From an uncultured Acidobacteriota bacterium (GTDB lineage: Bacteria > Acidobacteriota > Terriglobia > Bryobacterales > Bryobacteraceae): a stretch of 64,000 bases of DNA. Location: NCBI GenBank assembly GCA_902826685.1, contig CADEFT010000012.1, positions 104,979 through 168,978 of the forward strand, given 5' to 3'. The notes beneath the pieces are model-generated. The model searched no databases. It saw only the letters and a list, made by a program, of their open reading frames with translations, and had not been told where the DNA came from. Both the position numbers and the translations under genes were made by a program. Shown in pieces: positions 63,587-64,000 of this stretch (position 1 is the stretch's first letter; the number at the start of each line of letters is the position of its first letter).

Positions 63587-63629
63587 ATCGCTACATTGTG
63601 ACGCAACCGCCTTGCGATATCATGCCGGG

Positions 63630-64000
63630 ATGCCGTTTTTCGCGCTCGCCTCCGCGCTGGCCTGTTGGGGACTGGCTCAGACCAGCCCGGTGAAGATCGA
63701 CAACGATCAGGTCAAGGTTCTGGTGGTCCATCAGGATCCACACAAGAAGACCCGTCTGCACAAGCACGACGTCAATCGCGTGATGATCTATCTGAACGAG
63801 GGCGGGCAGACCATCGCCTATCAGGATGGCAAGGTCACCAAGCTCAAATGGAAGGCCGGCGAAGCGCTGTGGAGCCCGGCGTCGGGCATGCACATCGCCG
63901 AGATTACCTCGAACGGCGCGGTCTCGATCGCCGAAGTGGAATTGAAGAAGCCGGCCGCCGGGACGCCGCCGCGCTACCCGGCGCTCGATCCGGTCAAGGT
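63630..64000 (+). CDS. Partial secreted cupin-like small protein (3' end outside the window)
   Basis: Hand translation from ATG 63630 gives MPFFALASALACWGLAQTSPVKIDNDQVKVLVVHQDPHKKTRLHKHDVNRVMIYLNEGGQTIAYQDGKVTKLKWKAGEALWSPASGMHIAEITSNG..., open to the window end. It has a signal peptide plus an H-x-H-containing beta-rich pattern. The family call is weak. Confidence 0.5.
   Translation, partial: MPFFALASALACWGLAQTSPVKIDNDQVKVLVVHQDPHKKTRLHKHDVNRVMIYLNEGGQTIAYQDGKVTKLKWKAGEALWSPASGMHIAEITSNGAVSIAEVELKKPAAGTPPRYPALDPVK

Overview
High-GC bacterial chromosomal window, roughly two-thirds G+C by eye (hand counts: 43/60 at 9301-9360, 33/60 at 26341-26400). It is almost fully coding, with about 52 genes. 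I saw no rRNA, tRNA, CRISPR array, transposase or integrase. The gene content suggests Acidobacteriota of the Solibacter/Bryobacter type (inference only). The supporting families are carboxypeptidase-regulatory-domain TonB-like receptors, PSCyt/DUF1549/DUF1553 + DUF1501 pairs, a DUF1592 + DUF1552 pair, an ASPIC/UnbV FG-GAP protein, a TPR Ser/Thr kinase and a TIGR03437-like C-terminal domain. Layout: (i) 1-20.7 kb holds a DapA-family aldolase and an IclR regulator, then two plus-strand, translationally coupled operons. These encode a TonB-like receptor and mostly Tat-signal enzymes (two Gfo/Idh/MocA + xylose-isomerase-like TIM-barrel pairs, an NHL propeller, an amidohydrolase_2, a beta-hydroxyacid dehydrogenase) around a tandemly duplicated DUF1553/DUF1501 pair. 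(ii) 20.7-34 kb holds a DUF1592/DUF1552 pair, a heptaheme cytochrome c, an ArsR regulator, an SRPBCC-GyrI fusion, a lower-GC predicted pseudo-protease, a CRTAC1-like protein, a second TonB-like receptor and a FAH-family enzyme. (iii) 34-46 kb holds DUF4159, a glycosyltransferase, hydrolases, a TPR Ser/Thr kinase, housekeeping ndk-sucDC and trpD, and a sensor-less hybrid histidine kinase. (iv) 46.2-59.7 kb is a 13.5-kb single-strand block: an InlB-B-repeat secreted protein, a Dpp-like ABC importer, an ECF sigma factor, a TPR-CHAT caspase-like protease, a soluble zinc-finger anti-sigma-like protein, a secreted S8 subtilase and a secreted beta-solenoid. The sigma/CHAT/anti-sigma-like/S8 cassette is my best candidate for an undescribed system. 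(v) 59.8-64 kb holds a PQQ-like propeller, a GntR + EEP nuclease/phosphatase pair, a methyltransferase and a partial cupin-like gene. All family calls were made by eye from motifs in the supplied translations. No HMM or BLAST search was run.
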